A stretch of DNA of 64,000 nucleotides, from NCBI RefSeq assembly GCF_009914755.1, contig NC_060929.1; one strand, 5' to 3'. This document shows positions 18,050 to 30,519 of the stretch, one piece after another. Position 1 is the stretch's first letter; each line of letters opens with the position of its first letter. Made by a program: the position numbers and the translations under genes. The notes beneath the pieces are model-generated. The model did no database searches, was not told where the DNA came from, and was given only the letters and a program-made list of their open reading frames with translations. The stretch is from the human T2T-CHM13v2.0 reference genome, Homo sapiens.

Positions 18050-18569
18050 GAAAATGTTTGCTGATCTGGGAAACTTAGTAGAGATTTTGTAAAATTCTTC
18101 CTTAACATCCTCATTTATTCCTGTCTGTCTGTCTGTTTTTTCTAATGTCCTCCAGCTACTTCAATACAAATGCTGCACTTCTGGTGACACCCAGATAAAA
18201 TCTCCTTGCTTTCAGTTACTCTTTAACTAACACCTTGTGCTTCCTCACTCATCTGCTTTAGCACTTATGAGAATATTTGTCAAAATTTCTGGCATTGGTT
18301 GTCCCAAGAATTTTTATTTTTCAAATATGTCTTTTCTCTCCAGTTTTAATATCTGTAAAAAGAAGAACTTTTTACATTTTCTTTAATCTTTTACCCTACA
18401 TAGATTGAAAATACAAAGAAGATTTGGTAAGGACATAGAAACTCTTATAAAATTTTTTTTATCATAGTAGCCCCAAAACATTGTTATATATGGGTATAAT
18501 GATTTAATATTTATGAATTATAGCAACTCTTCATCATCTATTTCCAGGTTTCTACTTTCCAGGTCCACT

Positions 18570-18875
18570 GGTGTTTGGTGTACCCATGTGACTAATTTGT
18601 CCAAAGAGAGGTGAGTAAAAGTGATGTGTCACTTCCAGATGGAAGCTTTTTGGGCAAGTATGTATTTTCTAGCTCTTTTCTTCTGTGTTATAGAAACTAG
18701 GAATATTCCAGTTGGTGACTGACCCCTTAGTTGGGTTCCTAGAGTGAGTTTGATGTGGAGGAGCCCAAAATGACCTGCAGTGAAGTTGGAGTGTGAGCAA
18801 GAAATAAACTTTTGTTTTTTAATTTTCTGAGTTTTTGGAAGTTGTAGATTATAACTGCATAACCTATCAATATTG
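18570..18875 (+). mobile_element. Old MaLR LTR (MLT1J/K-like)
   Basis: ccatgtgactaatttgtccaa...gtgtgagcaagaaataaacttttgtt...actgcataaccta. Confidence 0.65.
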
Positions 18876-19625
18876 ATATGTTTCAATTCTTAATGAAAAT
18901 TTCTAATATTCTTTTTGATTATTTCTAACTTATTAACTTAAAATGTCAAATATCTATAATTTCAGTATATTCTGTATCCTACATTTAAAAATAAAAAATA
19001 GAATGTTGAAAATGAAATCATTTCAATGAGATGACAACTCAAAATCTTATAGTATCATCCAGAAACATGTAGAACAGATTTAAAAATACACAGTACTGAG
19101 ATTGGCAGGTTGAGAAGAAGACACATATGAAGGGTAACTTCTTTGGAAAGAAGCAGCTATGCACAGTACTTAAGAATGAAATTTCCATGTCCCGTTAATA
19201 CATCTGAAACAGTTTTACTTTCTATCCCAAACTTTAATGATCCTAGAAAGCTGGTTTGAATCAGTTTTTACAGGGTTGTTTTGGATTTAAAATAACTAAA
19301 ACTTGAGAGCTGGGAGAAATTTTATTTAACACTTTTTTATCATTCATGGTTTAATGTTTAATGAATAAATTCTTCACTAAGCTTATGTGGTGAGGGTCTG
19401 GTGGTGAAAAGTACTTTTTCAACTAGATATATTAGAATGACAACAGCAAAGCAAGAATGTGGTAGGGTCACATAAAGGAGTCGTGATCTGTGGGAAATTA
19501 TTTTTTATGATTCTCCAAGATGGCTGTACATATAAGCATAAAAGTCAATAAACAAGTGCCTAACCTTTAGCTCTAAATTAACTTTTGAGCGCTTTGAATG
19601 CCTGGCACAAAAATATTTAGGGGTT

Positions 19626-19644
19626 TGGCGCCATCTGGTGGCCA
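19626..19644 (-). promoter_or_regulatory. Strong CTCF motif
   Basis: Minus strand reads TGGCCACCAGATGGCGCCA, matching the CTCF core CCACCAG(G/A)(G/T)GGCGC, in unique AT-rich sequence. Confidence 0.8.
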
Positions 19645-20083
19645 AATATCAACTTTTCAGCTTCTCTTTTATGACTAAGAAGTGAATTACTCTGCACTTT
19701 CCAATAAACACTATTAATAAATAAAATTATTTAAAATGTTGATTTCCAGAACTTGAGAAGACAAATCAAAGACAGATTTCTGTTATGTTACCTATTGTTA
19801 TATGACAGAATTTCAGTCTTGAGTAGGTTCTTTTATACTTGCATTTGATTTATTTATGAAAGCATTATAGACATAAATCTGCTATCTTTTTCTTAATACA
19901 AGAGAAGACTCTTTCCCCAAAAGAAATTAGACGTGCTCAATAAAATCTAAATTTATTTTTTCACAATTCTGTAAAAGATTGAGCTAGGGGTGCGTGTGTG
20001 TGTGTGAATATCAGAATTTATTTTAAAAATGCAAGAGGGAGAGGGGAAGGAGCTGGTAGTGACATTGTTAATTGTCTGCTTTG

Positions 20084-20538
20084 CAATAGCAAAGACTTGG
20101 AACCAACCCAAATGTCCATCAATGATAGACTGGATTAAGAAAATATGGCACATATACACCATGGAATACTATACAGCCATAAAAAAGGATGAGTTCATGT
20201 CTTTTGTAGGGACATGGATGAAGCCGGAAACCATCATTCTGAGAAAACTATCGCAAGGACAGAAAACCAAACACTACATGCTCTCACTCATAGGTGGGAA
20301 TTGAACAATGAGAACACTTGGACACAGGGTGGGGAACATCACACACCGGGGCCTGTCGTGGGGTGGGGGAAGGTGGGAGGGATAGCATTAGGAGATACAC
20401 CTAATGTAAATGATGAGTTAATGGGTGCAGCACACCAACATGTGCTGTTGTACACGTGTACACATGTATACATATGTAACAAACCTGCACGTTGTACACA
20501 TGTACCCTAGAACTTAAAGTATAATAATAATAAAAAAA
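20084..20538 (+). mobile_element. 5'-truncated L1PA (about PA4-6) 3' end
   Basis: L1PA 3' UTR and A tail; perfect TSD aattgtctgctttg at 20070-20083 and 20539-20552. Confidence 0.95.
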
Positions 20539-21039
20539 AATTGTCTGCTTTGTACCCAGGGCTGTTCTAGATGCTTTCAGTGGATGGCCTCAATGAATTT
20601 CCGCAACCATCTTTCCAATGGGAAGTGTTGTCCCAGCTTTACTGCTGGACAAGTGTCTAAGAGGTTAAGGACATAAATGCTCAAGTTTTGTGAGAAAGCC
20701 GTTTATTTTAACAGAATGATTGCAATTGCTCATATTAAGCTATGACAGAAAAACTGGATTAACACTTTTTTTAGTCTTTTTCTTTTCAGCTTTTCAAGAT
20801 AAAAGTTTCCTGTGTCTCCTGATTAAAGTGCTTCTGTGATTGTTGCTCTGCATTAAGTTGTATACTTCCTCGTTCTTTCCTTAGAGCTTCTTTTCACAAT
20901 CCAGGAAGCAACTCGGTGGGGCACAGCATGGGGTAAACAAAATGCCAAGGGAGGGAAGAGTTCATATTGGTGGAATTTTTTAGTTACCTCTCTAGAAACT
21001 AGTGGAAACTTCTTTGCTTCTCTTCTTTTTACTGACAAT

Positions 21040-21395
21040 TTAAAAAAATAAATTATTTTATTTTAGATTCTGGGGTACATGTGTCTGTTATATGCGCATG
21101 TTTTGTAGTGGTGGGGATTGGGCTTCTAGCGTACCCATTATCCAAATAGTGAGCATTGTACCTGATAGGTAACTTTTTCAATCCTTGCTCCCGTCCTACC
21201 CTCCTTCCTTTTGGAGTCCCCAGTGTCTATTCTTTCCATCTTTATGTCCATGTGTACCCATTGTTTAGCTCTCACTTATAAGTCAGAACATGTGGTATTT
21301 GGTTTTCTGTTTTCTGAGATCATTCTCTTAGGATAATGGCCTCCAGATCCGTCCATGTTGCTGCAAAGGACAAGATTTCATTCTTTATGGCTGCT
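21040..21395 (-). mobile_element. L1PA15-17-like 3' end
   Basis: ggggtacatgtg...gtacccattgtttagctctcacttataag...ttgctgcaaaggaca. Confidence 0.85.
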
Positions 21396-21608
21396 TTTAA
21401 GTCATTTTTTTTTCTTTTGTAGTGACTCACTTTTATCATTGTTAATTAGATTAAGTGGGTCTTTGGTTTAATTCTATTTTTAGGGTAATGTAAACCACAA
21501 GATTGCTTGTGTTCTGTGCTACTACACTTTTGTTCACTGCTGTATCTTCAGTGTCCAAGAGAAGCATTATACATATAGGTAGCAGGCACTCAATGGGTTT
21601 TAACAGAA

Positions 21609-21610
21609 AG

Positions 21611-21659
<49 letters not shown>
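21609..21659. repeat. (CA)n microsatellite
   Basis: Direct reading. Confidence 0.95.
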
Positions 21660-21665
<6 letters not shown>

Positions 21666-21814
21666 TAAAGAGAGAGCACGCACAAGACAGTAACGGAAGG
21701 AAGCAAAGGAAAGGAGGGAGAAAGGCAGAAGGGGAGAGGAGCTGCTTGGTAAAGGTGCAGTAGGAAGTTTCACCTACAGCACTGGGTATTGTGGAAGTCA
21801 AGTGGAGGAAAGTT

Positions 21815-22030
21815 AACATCTACTGGAGGCTGTTGTGTGCCATTCACTGTTAAGCACTTTATAACTGTAATTTCATTAATCCTAAAACCAACCAAGCGAG
21901 CTGGTTATTATTGTTTCCCTTTTCACAGATGAGAAAATTGAGCTCACTGTTGTTAAGTGATTTACAGAAGGTCATACAGCTTACAAGTGGCACAGTCAAG
22001 ATTTAAATTTTGTCTCTCTGACTTATGACT
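21815..22030 (-). mobile_element. MIR
   Basis: cccttttcacagatgagaaaattgagctc core. Confidence 0.75.
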
Positions 22031-22149
22031 TACATTTTAAATGAGTTGTTCATTTATTCATTCAGCAAATATTCATTGAACAATGTAGCACTCTTCCCTG
22101 ATAATCTCAGAACCTGCAATCCTGTAGGCTAAAGATTCCCCTAAAGTAT

Positions 22150-23090
22150 TCCTATAGGCTAAGTAATCTCCCAAAGTATTTCTTCAGTCAAAACCTCTCC
22201 TCTGAACTCTAGATGCATATACCTACATGCCTTTTTGACATTCCCACTAGGGCTTTTGTACATACCTCAAGCTAATATATACCAGTAAAATTTTAGATTA
22301 TAGACCCAAACTTGTCTTTTCCTCAGTCTCCATTTTCTCTGCAAATTACATGTAACCATCAATCCTTTATAATCAGAAAATTGGGAGTCAGCCTCAACTC
22401 TAATTTTTTTAACTCTCTAATTTTATCTTCATGTTCTTAAAGCTTTACATGACCTGCACCTGCTTCTGTCTCTGACCCCATTTCCGTTCTGCCTTATATC
22501 TGTTGGTCATGCTGGCAGTTTTGAAAGCCAGATCAAGTTCTTTCTCACAAAAGGATTTTGCACTTGCTATCATCTTTTTTAATACTTTCTGTATCTTTCC
22601 TCTCAGGTCTCAGCTGAAATGAAACCTCCTCAGAAAAATTTGTTCCTGACAAATTATAACTCAAAAATCAAAAATTTCTAAGGCCTTTGTTATTCTCTTT
22701 ATCACAGCATTGTACTCATTTTCTTCTTAGTACTTAGAAACGTCTATAATTGTTTTACTTCTTTGTTTACCATTAAATGTCTGTATCCTTTATATACTGT
22801 AGGTCCTATGAGTTCATCAAATTTATCTAGTGTTTGTTTTTTGCTGTAAGCCTGTGGCTTGGCACTGGGCTTGGTACATAGAAGGTATTTGAGAAATATT
22901 GGTTTAATCAACAAATATTTTTCAGCGGAATGTCTTGAAGCCTATCTGTGTATTCAGAATGCTTGCTTTAAGGCACATAATTATATCCATTTTACAAACA
23001 GGAAGGTTTTTGTGTCTATCTCCAGCGTCTAGCAGGAGCTTTTTGCATAGTTGGTGTTCAATGACTATTCTATAAATGAATGATGATCAG
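22150..23090 (+). mobile_element. L2 fragments
   Basis: cctctcctctgaactctag...ggtctcagctgaaatgaaacctcctcag...gcttggtacatagaagg. Confidence 0.7.
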
Positions 23091-23277
23091 AGAGGTTAGG
23101 TTGGTCCCCTACAGTATTGAGCTTAGGTTCTTTGGTACTCTGACCCTTTTACCTGCTATAGTGTGGGCATAAAGGGAAGCTTTGAGGAGGAGACTTTATA
23201 TTCTTCTGTAATCTATAGCATTTCTTCCTTTCATCCTGGAAACCAATTCCAAGTAAATTCCAATCACAATCTATACA

Positions 23278-23585
23278 TTTTTTTTTTTTTAGAGACAGGG
23301 TCCCACTCTGTTTTCTAGACTGGGGTGCAGTGACATGACCATAGCTCACTGTAGCCTCAAACTCCTGAGCGCAAGTGATCCTCCTGCCTCAGCCTCCTGA
23401 GTAGCTAGGACTACAGGTATGTGCCTTCATACCTGGCTGATTTTTTGTTTTGTTTTGTTTTTTCGTAGAGATGGGGACTCACTATGTTGCCCAGGCTGGT
23501 CTCGAATACCTGCCTTCAAGTAATCTTCCTGCCTTGACTTCTCAAAGTGTTGGGATTACTGGCATGGTCTACCCCACCTGACCCA
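23278..23585 (-). mobile_element. AluJ
   Basis: Full dimer, J diagnostics. Confidence 0.92.
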
Positions 23586-23611
23586 AGTAAATTTACAATT
23601 TAAAGAAAAGT

Positions 23612-23735
23612 AGTCTGGGTGCAATGGCTCCCAGTAGTCTAGGAGGCTGAGACAGGAGGATTGCTTGAAGCCAGGAGTTAGGGACCAGCCTGGGCAACAT
23701 AGCAAGACCCCCATTTCAAAAATAAATAAATAAAT
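23612..23735 (+). mobile_element. FLAM (internally deleted)
   Basis: Single arm with (aaat)n tail. Confidence 0.8.
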
Positions 23736-23844
23736 AGAATAAGGAAAAAAATGTGTTTGTTATGCAAACAGTCCAAGACAAAGAAGCCCCAGCTTCCAGC
23801 CAGTTCACTGATATCCCTTTATACAATGACATTCTATAGTTGCC

Positions 23845-23905
23845 TTTTTTTTTTCACTGCTCCTTGCAGAGCAGGGCTACCCTATGGGCAGTGTGCCCAG
23901 TGTAG
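23845..23905 (-). mobile_element. Tiny retroposed element (~51 nt plus A10 tail)
   Basis: T10, then cactgctccttgcagagcagggctaccctatgggcagtgtgcccagtgtag; degenerate TSD and TT/AAAA site. Confidence 0.65.
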
Positions 23906-24004
23906 TATGCAGTTGCTTTTTAAGATTGCATCACTTAAACTTCACAGTTAATTTAAGTATGCAAATTAACACAGTGCACTTGAAAAACTTTGTGATATAG
24001 TCAT

Positions 24005-24333
<329 letters not shown>

Positions 24334-24631
24334 TAAGATTACTCTACCTTAAAAGAACAAGTTAATGAGATGAACTCTATCAGCTTTTAAATAAGTCTGA
24401 GATAATTTGTACCACTTGGGTTTTTGTATACATGTTCATTGCATTTAATAATTCGTCAGTAACTCCAGCATATAGCAGTGAACCAACATGAAAATAAATT
24501 ATTTTTTGAAACACTAGGGCTATTTTGTGTTCATCTGGTTATTAAATGTTCTCATGTGATATTCTTGCAAATTGAATGTCATCTCCCTTGAGATTTTATA
24601 AGTGCTTGGTAAATATCTTCATAGTCTAAAA

Positions 24632-24959
24632 CAGGGATTGGCAAACTGTGGCCTGAAGGCTAAATACAGTCTGTTTTTTGCATGGCTGCAAACTAAGAAT
24701 AGTGTTTGCATTTTTAAATGGTTGAAAAAAAATCAAAAGAAGAATAACATCTCATAACACATGAAAATTCTATGAAATTCAAATTTGTGTCTGTAAATAC
24801 AGTGTTGTTGAGACACAGCCGTGCTCATTTATGTATCGTCTGTGGCTGCTTTTGTGCTGTAACTCCACAGTTGCATAGCTGTGACAGAGACTGTAATGGC
24901 CTGCAAAGCCTAACATATTTACTCTCTTGTCCTTTATAGAAAATGTTTGCTGACCTGTG
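24632..24959. mobile_element. MER58B-like hAT-Charlie MITE
   Basis: cagggattggcaaact...gtttgctgacctgtg TIRs. Confidence 0.85.
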
Positions 24960-24984
24960 CTCTGAAATATCTCATATCAGCAAC

Positions 24985-25345
24985 TGTCTGTATGTCCTCA
25001 GGTCCTACCCCTGTAGTGCAGTGGTTTTGCTACTGCCTTAGGGCTTTCTTCTGGGCTGAGCACCCTGCCTGTGTTCCCAGCAGGTGGGAAGGGTCCATGA
25101 ATCAACACTTCTAGGGAGCAGCCCTCAAACCATGAGAGCCAATGGATAAATATGCCAGCTCTCTTGCCCCTAGGTTGGGCATGTTCTACACCAACTTCAA
25201 GTCTCCCACAGTGGTAACTGCTTTGATAAAACACACTTCACTGACTTCTCACTCTGCCAGTGTCTCCTTAGATCTCCCAAATCAACAACTTGCAGGGGAA
25301 TCTTGGTTGCAGAATATGCTGCTAGGGGAAATCCAAACTAAGACA
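24985..25345 (+). mobile_element. ERVL LTR16-like solo LTR
   Basis: gggagcagccctcaaacca...ggggaaatccaaactaagaca terminus. Confidence 0.75.
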
Positions 25346-26264
25346 AATGTGGATTATTCTCATATATATTATTTATGGTGTCACTTTGATGTATAAGTTA
25401 CTCAGGTGTGATGAAAAATTTATAATACCAAACATTTGGGCCATTTTTTTATTACTACTAATGGAAAGACAGATTTTATTAATTGATAGTTTTATTTTGT
25501 ATGACATTTATTGGCCAAATTTATCCTGAAAAGTGCAGTTTGATAATTTTCTGATATTTTGAACATAAATGCCTATTTCAGGAGAGTGATTCTTGAAGTA
25601 TTGAATTGATCTTTCATATTGCAAAGTCTTTCTTTCATCTTTTGTAAAATTTATATTTTCTTGTTTTATACTAATAAAGTTTTCTGCTACCTCCTCAGAA
25701 AACTTCTGTTCAAATTTTATTTTGCATCAATAATAGATGGAAGCAAACCTATCTAAGAGACAGCCAAGGTAATTTTTTTCATATGATGATTAGCAATAGG
25801 TTCAGGATGTTTAAAAATAAGTATTTCAGAATCTGTGGAAATGTTCATACTTTTTCTTTTTATATCCCTCATTTCCCCTGCCTAGTGGTTAAAATCAGTT
25901 AAATAGTGTTAGACTACACCTCTGCCATTTATCCTTTGTTCAAGACCTTTGTTCAAGGTATAGATGTCTATACCTTGAATATAACTTTAATATTACTACT
26001 TAAGTTACATCACATATTTTATCCATTTGCTTAGTGAACCTAATACTTGATGTCCCTTGACCATTACAAGGAGTAGAACAGATAATTTAAGAGATTTCAT
26101 TAAAAAAAGACCCTGAGTAATAAAATATTTGATTTATTTTGGCCACATTAATGTTTTATTGTTTAAACAAATAAATAGACTGCCTCAAATTACTATCTGA
26201 TTTCTAAGTTTTTACCTTTTTTTTTGTTGTATGGGGATATAGCATATTGTTTAAAAACTTTGGA

Positions 26265-26581
26265 GGACAGGTTCAGTGCCTCACACTTGTAATCCCAACA
26301 CTTTGGGAGGCCAAGGGAGGCCAAGGTAGGAGGATCACTTGAACCCAGGAGTTCGAGACCAGCCTGAGAAACATAGTGAGACTCCTATCTCTACAAATAA
26401 TAATAATAATAAAAAAAACCTTAGCCAGGTGTAGTGGTGCATGCCTGTAGTCCCAGCTATTCAGGAGGTTGGGGTGAGAGGATCACTTGAGCCTGGGAGG
26501 TTGAGGCTTCAGTGAGCCTTGATCGTGCCACTGCACTCCAGCTAGGGCAACAGAGTGAGATTCTGTCTCAAAAAAATAAAA
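26265..26581 (+). mobile_element. AluJ (5' part of an Alu-L1 composite)
   Basis: Full dimer with small internal duplication ggaggccaagggaggccaagg. Confidence 0.93.
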
Positions 26582-27093
26582 TAGTATAGTTGGATTGTAA
26601 CACAAAGGATAAATACTTAAGGGGATGAATACCCCATTTTCCATGATGTGATTATTACTTTTTGCATGCCTATTAGTCTGTTCTCACATTGCTAATGAAG
26701 ACATACCCAAGCCTGGGTAACTTATAAAGGAAAGAGGTTTAATTGACACACAGTTCCATATGGCTGGGGATGCCTCATAATCATAGCAGGAGGTGAATGA
26801 GGAGCAAAGTCATGTCTTACATGGTGGCAGGCAAGAGAGCTTGTGCAGGGGAACTCCCTTTTATAAAACCATCAGATCCCATGAGACTTATTTACTACCA
26901 TGAGAACAGTATGGGGGAAACCACCCCCATGATTCAATTATCTCCACCTGGCCCCACGCTTGACATGTGAGAATTATTGCAATGTAAGGTGAGATTTGAG
27001 TGGGGACACACCAAAACCATATGACCTATATCAAAGTATCTCATGTACCCCATACATATATACACTTTTTATGTACCCACAAAAATAAAATAA
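26582..27093 (+). mobile_element. L1MA2/3-like extreme 3' end, split by THE1
   Basis: gtatagttggattgtaacacaaaggataaa...gcatgcc | tatcaaagtatctcatgtacccc...gtacccacaaaaataaaa. Confidence 0.85.
26671..27024 (-). mobile_element. THE1 (C/D-like) solo LTR
   Basis: tattagtctgttctcacattgcta...ggggacacaccaaaaccatat. Confidence 0.92.
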
Positions 27094-27404
27094 TAAAAAC
27101 TTTGGAGACATCTTGTAATATGAAAAACATTGAATAACTGTATTTAAAATACTACCATTTGTGTAAAAAAGGATACACATATATTTGTATATGTATAGGA
27201 TATATTTAGAATGATACACAGGAAACTAGCAGTAGTGCTTTTCTTTGAGAATGGGAACTGGGAGACTAGGGTCAGAGGTAGGAAGGAGCTATCCTTTTCA
27301 CAGAGTATACTCTTTCACAATATTTGTATTTTTCTTCTGGCTATATGAAGGAAGTTAAAAATAAGTAAAGAAAGGAAGAAAGTAAGCAAGAAAGAAGATG
27401 ACTG

Positions 27405-27620
27405 GCATTAGAGGGACTCAGGGTTGAACACCAGTTATGCTACTTACTAACTGTATGATTATAGTCACATTACTTAATCTCTCTGCTCTCACCTATAAAG
27501 TAGAGATAGTTGTATTTATTTCATATAATAGTTATCAAATAAAATTGTATACATATGTAAAAACACTTAGCATAGTGCTTGGCACATAGTTAAGTCTTCA
27601 GTAAATGGTTATGTGACCAT
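27405..27620 (+). mobile_element. MIR
   Basis: tacttactaactgtatga...cacttagcatagtgcttggcacatag. Confidence 0.75.
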
Positions 27621-28217
27621 ATGAAATGATTAATACTTAAAGTAATCCTCTGCCCTGACTTCTACAGAGGGTAGATTCTTCATTTGTTGATCTGTTCCAC
27701 AAACGTTTTCCAGTATCCTGTCACTGATAGGCATAATAATTGGCCCAGGAAGTCACACTGCTTCACTTTTGCCATAACATAGTTGGTCAAAACAGTCACA
27801 AGACTCAAGGGGAGGGGAAGTAGCCTCCACCTCTCACTGAGGAGACTAGCAAAAAATTGGCATTCATCTTTAATTTACCAGAGCCTTCCTTCTGTTTGCA
27901 AATTATTTACATCTCTCCCACATGCAAAATATACTCACCTCCCTTCTAAGGTCCTTTGAAATACCAATTTATTATAGCATCAGCTCGAAATCCAGGACCT
28001 CCTCATTTGAATCATATCCAGATGTGGATGAGGCTTCTCATGTGTTGTTCCTTGGATACAGCTCCTAAATTCAGTTCTAGTTGTTCTGAACATGTGTACA
28101 TTAAAGAGGCAGATTATCTGTCCCTCTCCCACATTGTCACTCCTCCCCATGCCCACTCCCTGCACATAGCCTGCTAGGACAGAGATAGGAGAGTCACAAC
28201 AGATGTTCCCATTTGAA

Positions 28218-28385
28218 GCCCGGCATGGTGGCATGGATCTGTAGTTCCAGCTTCTTAGGAGGCTGATGTAGGAGGATCATTTGAAGCCAGGAATTTGAGG
28301 ATATAGTGTGTGCTATGATTGCACTTGTGAATAGCCACTGCCCTCCAGCCTGAGCATTGTAGTGAGCTCCCTCCTCTTAAAAAAA
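28218..28385 (+). mobile_element. FAM (fossil Alu monomer)
   Basis: Monomer retaining 7SL-like gtgaatagccactgc. Confidence 0.8.
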
Positions 28386-28442
28386 TTTAAAAAGGAATTT
28401 CCATTTAAAAGGAGGACAACAGAAGGCTTATAGCAGTTAGTT

Positions 28443-28980
28443 ATTATGACAGGAAGAAAAAGCCTCTTCAAAAACGTCCAGTCCTAACCCACAGAACCTG
28501 TGAATATGTTACCTTACACGGCAAAAGGGGCTTTGCAGATGTGATTCAGTTTAAGGGCTTGAGATGGAAAGAGTATTCTTGTTTGTCTGTGGGCCAAATC
28601 TAATCACCCGACTCTGTGAAAATGGAAGAGGAAGACAGCACGGTGAGCCAGACAGAGGCTGCTGCTGGCTTTGAAGATGGAAAAAGGAGTCTGTAAGTTA
28701 AGGAATATCATGACATCTAGAGGCTGAAAATTACCCTCATTTTACAGTTAGCAAGAAAATGGGGAGCTCAATGCTATAATCTCAAGATACTGAATTCTGC
28801 CAATAATCAGAATGAGCAGGAAATGACTTCTCTCTTAGAGCCTCCAGAAAGGCAGCCCTGCCAACACCTTGATTTTAGTCTGGTAAAAAATGTATATAAC
28901 TTCTAATCTAGAGAATGATAAGATAAAGAACATATGATGTCTTACTCCCCTGAGTTTGTGGTAATTTGGTATGGCAGCAG
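28443..28980 (+). mobile_element. MLT1D/E-like LTR nested in the MLT1H internal region
   Basis: gaacctgtgaatatgttaccttacacggcaaaagg...gagcctccagaaagg...ggtatggcagcag. Confidence 0.8.
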
Positions 28981-30185
28981 TTGAACTCCAGCTGGGCACA
29001 GGTTGCCAATTCCATGATCAGGTCCCAGTTCTGGCCCCTGCGTATGTTTCTGTGCTTTGGGTTCTATCCTCTGGGCTCCTTAGTTCTATCCCCTGGATCA
29101 TCCTTCCTTTGGTTTACCATGCTCCATGTAGGTAGTTGCATAGATTTCTCAACTTGCTTTCTATCCTTTGTAGAACATGGGTGGCCTATGGGCTCTTCTT
29201 TTTAACTTTCTTGTCTCCTTTAGTCTAAGCCAATGGTGCTTTTTTTTAGTACAATTTTCTTAAAAGCTTTGTGGGTTTTCTATAAATCTTGTTGGGGTTT
29301 ACTCTGTTAGATAATGCCACACCCTCAAATCTCTTCAAGAGCAGTTCCTCTTCAGCTTGGGCTGACAGTCAAGATACTGTGAGACAAAGCCACTACTAGA
29401 CATAGAAGTCTGTTTGTCTAATGGAGAGGGTCAACAGAAAGTCTTATAGCCACATCCTTAAAATAAGTAATCTTTATCCTTAAAATAAGTAAACTTTATC
29501 CTGAAGCTGCTTCTTATTTTGAGAGCCTTTTGTCCTCTGGAGAGGCTGGGAATGAGAAAGAGTTTTATTTTCAAACCTAGCATGTGCTGGTTCCTTTATC
29601 ATTCCCCTGAATTTTGCTTAAAAACAGAATAGTTCCTTTCTCAGTTCATCTTTCTGTATTCATATCTTATCATACTTGGCTAAAAGAAACTAGTTAGCAC
29701 TTTTTAACATTTTGCCTAACAAATCTTGGCCAAATCTACCTCTTTATTAGGAATATTTTCTATTTTCCATGTTTTCATAGGTGACAGTGTTGCAAACTTG
29801 CTGCTTCTGCATAACATGTCACCTTTTTCTAACCTCCAATAACAATTTCATTTCCAGTCTTGGCCAAACTCTTTGAGGCCTGTCCAGAATTTACTAACGC
29901 TCTCCTTAAGGGCTTTCCAGCTTTTGCTAATGGTCACTTTAAGGGCCTATATGTTTTTGACCCCATCTGGTCCTAAAGTCCATGCCGTATGTTTTAGGTT
30001 TTGTTGTGAAAGCACCCCCACTTCCAAGTACCAAGTTCTGGTCCAGTTAGCTACTGCTGCCTGACAAACTAACCGAAACCTCAGTGGCTTGAAACAATGA
30101 CCCTTATATTATAGCTTGCATTTTGAGGATCAAAATCTTGGACAGGGCTCAGCTGGATGATTATTCTGTTTTATATAACATTGCA

Positions 30186-30519
<334 letters not shown>

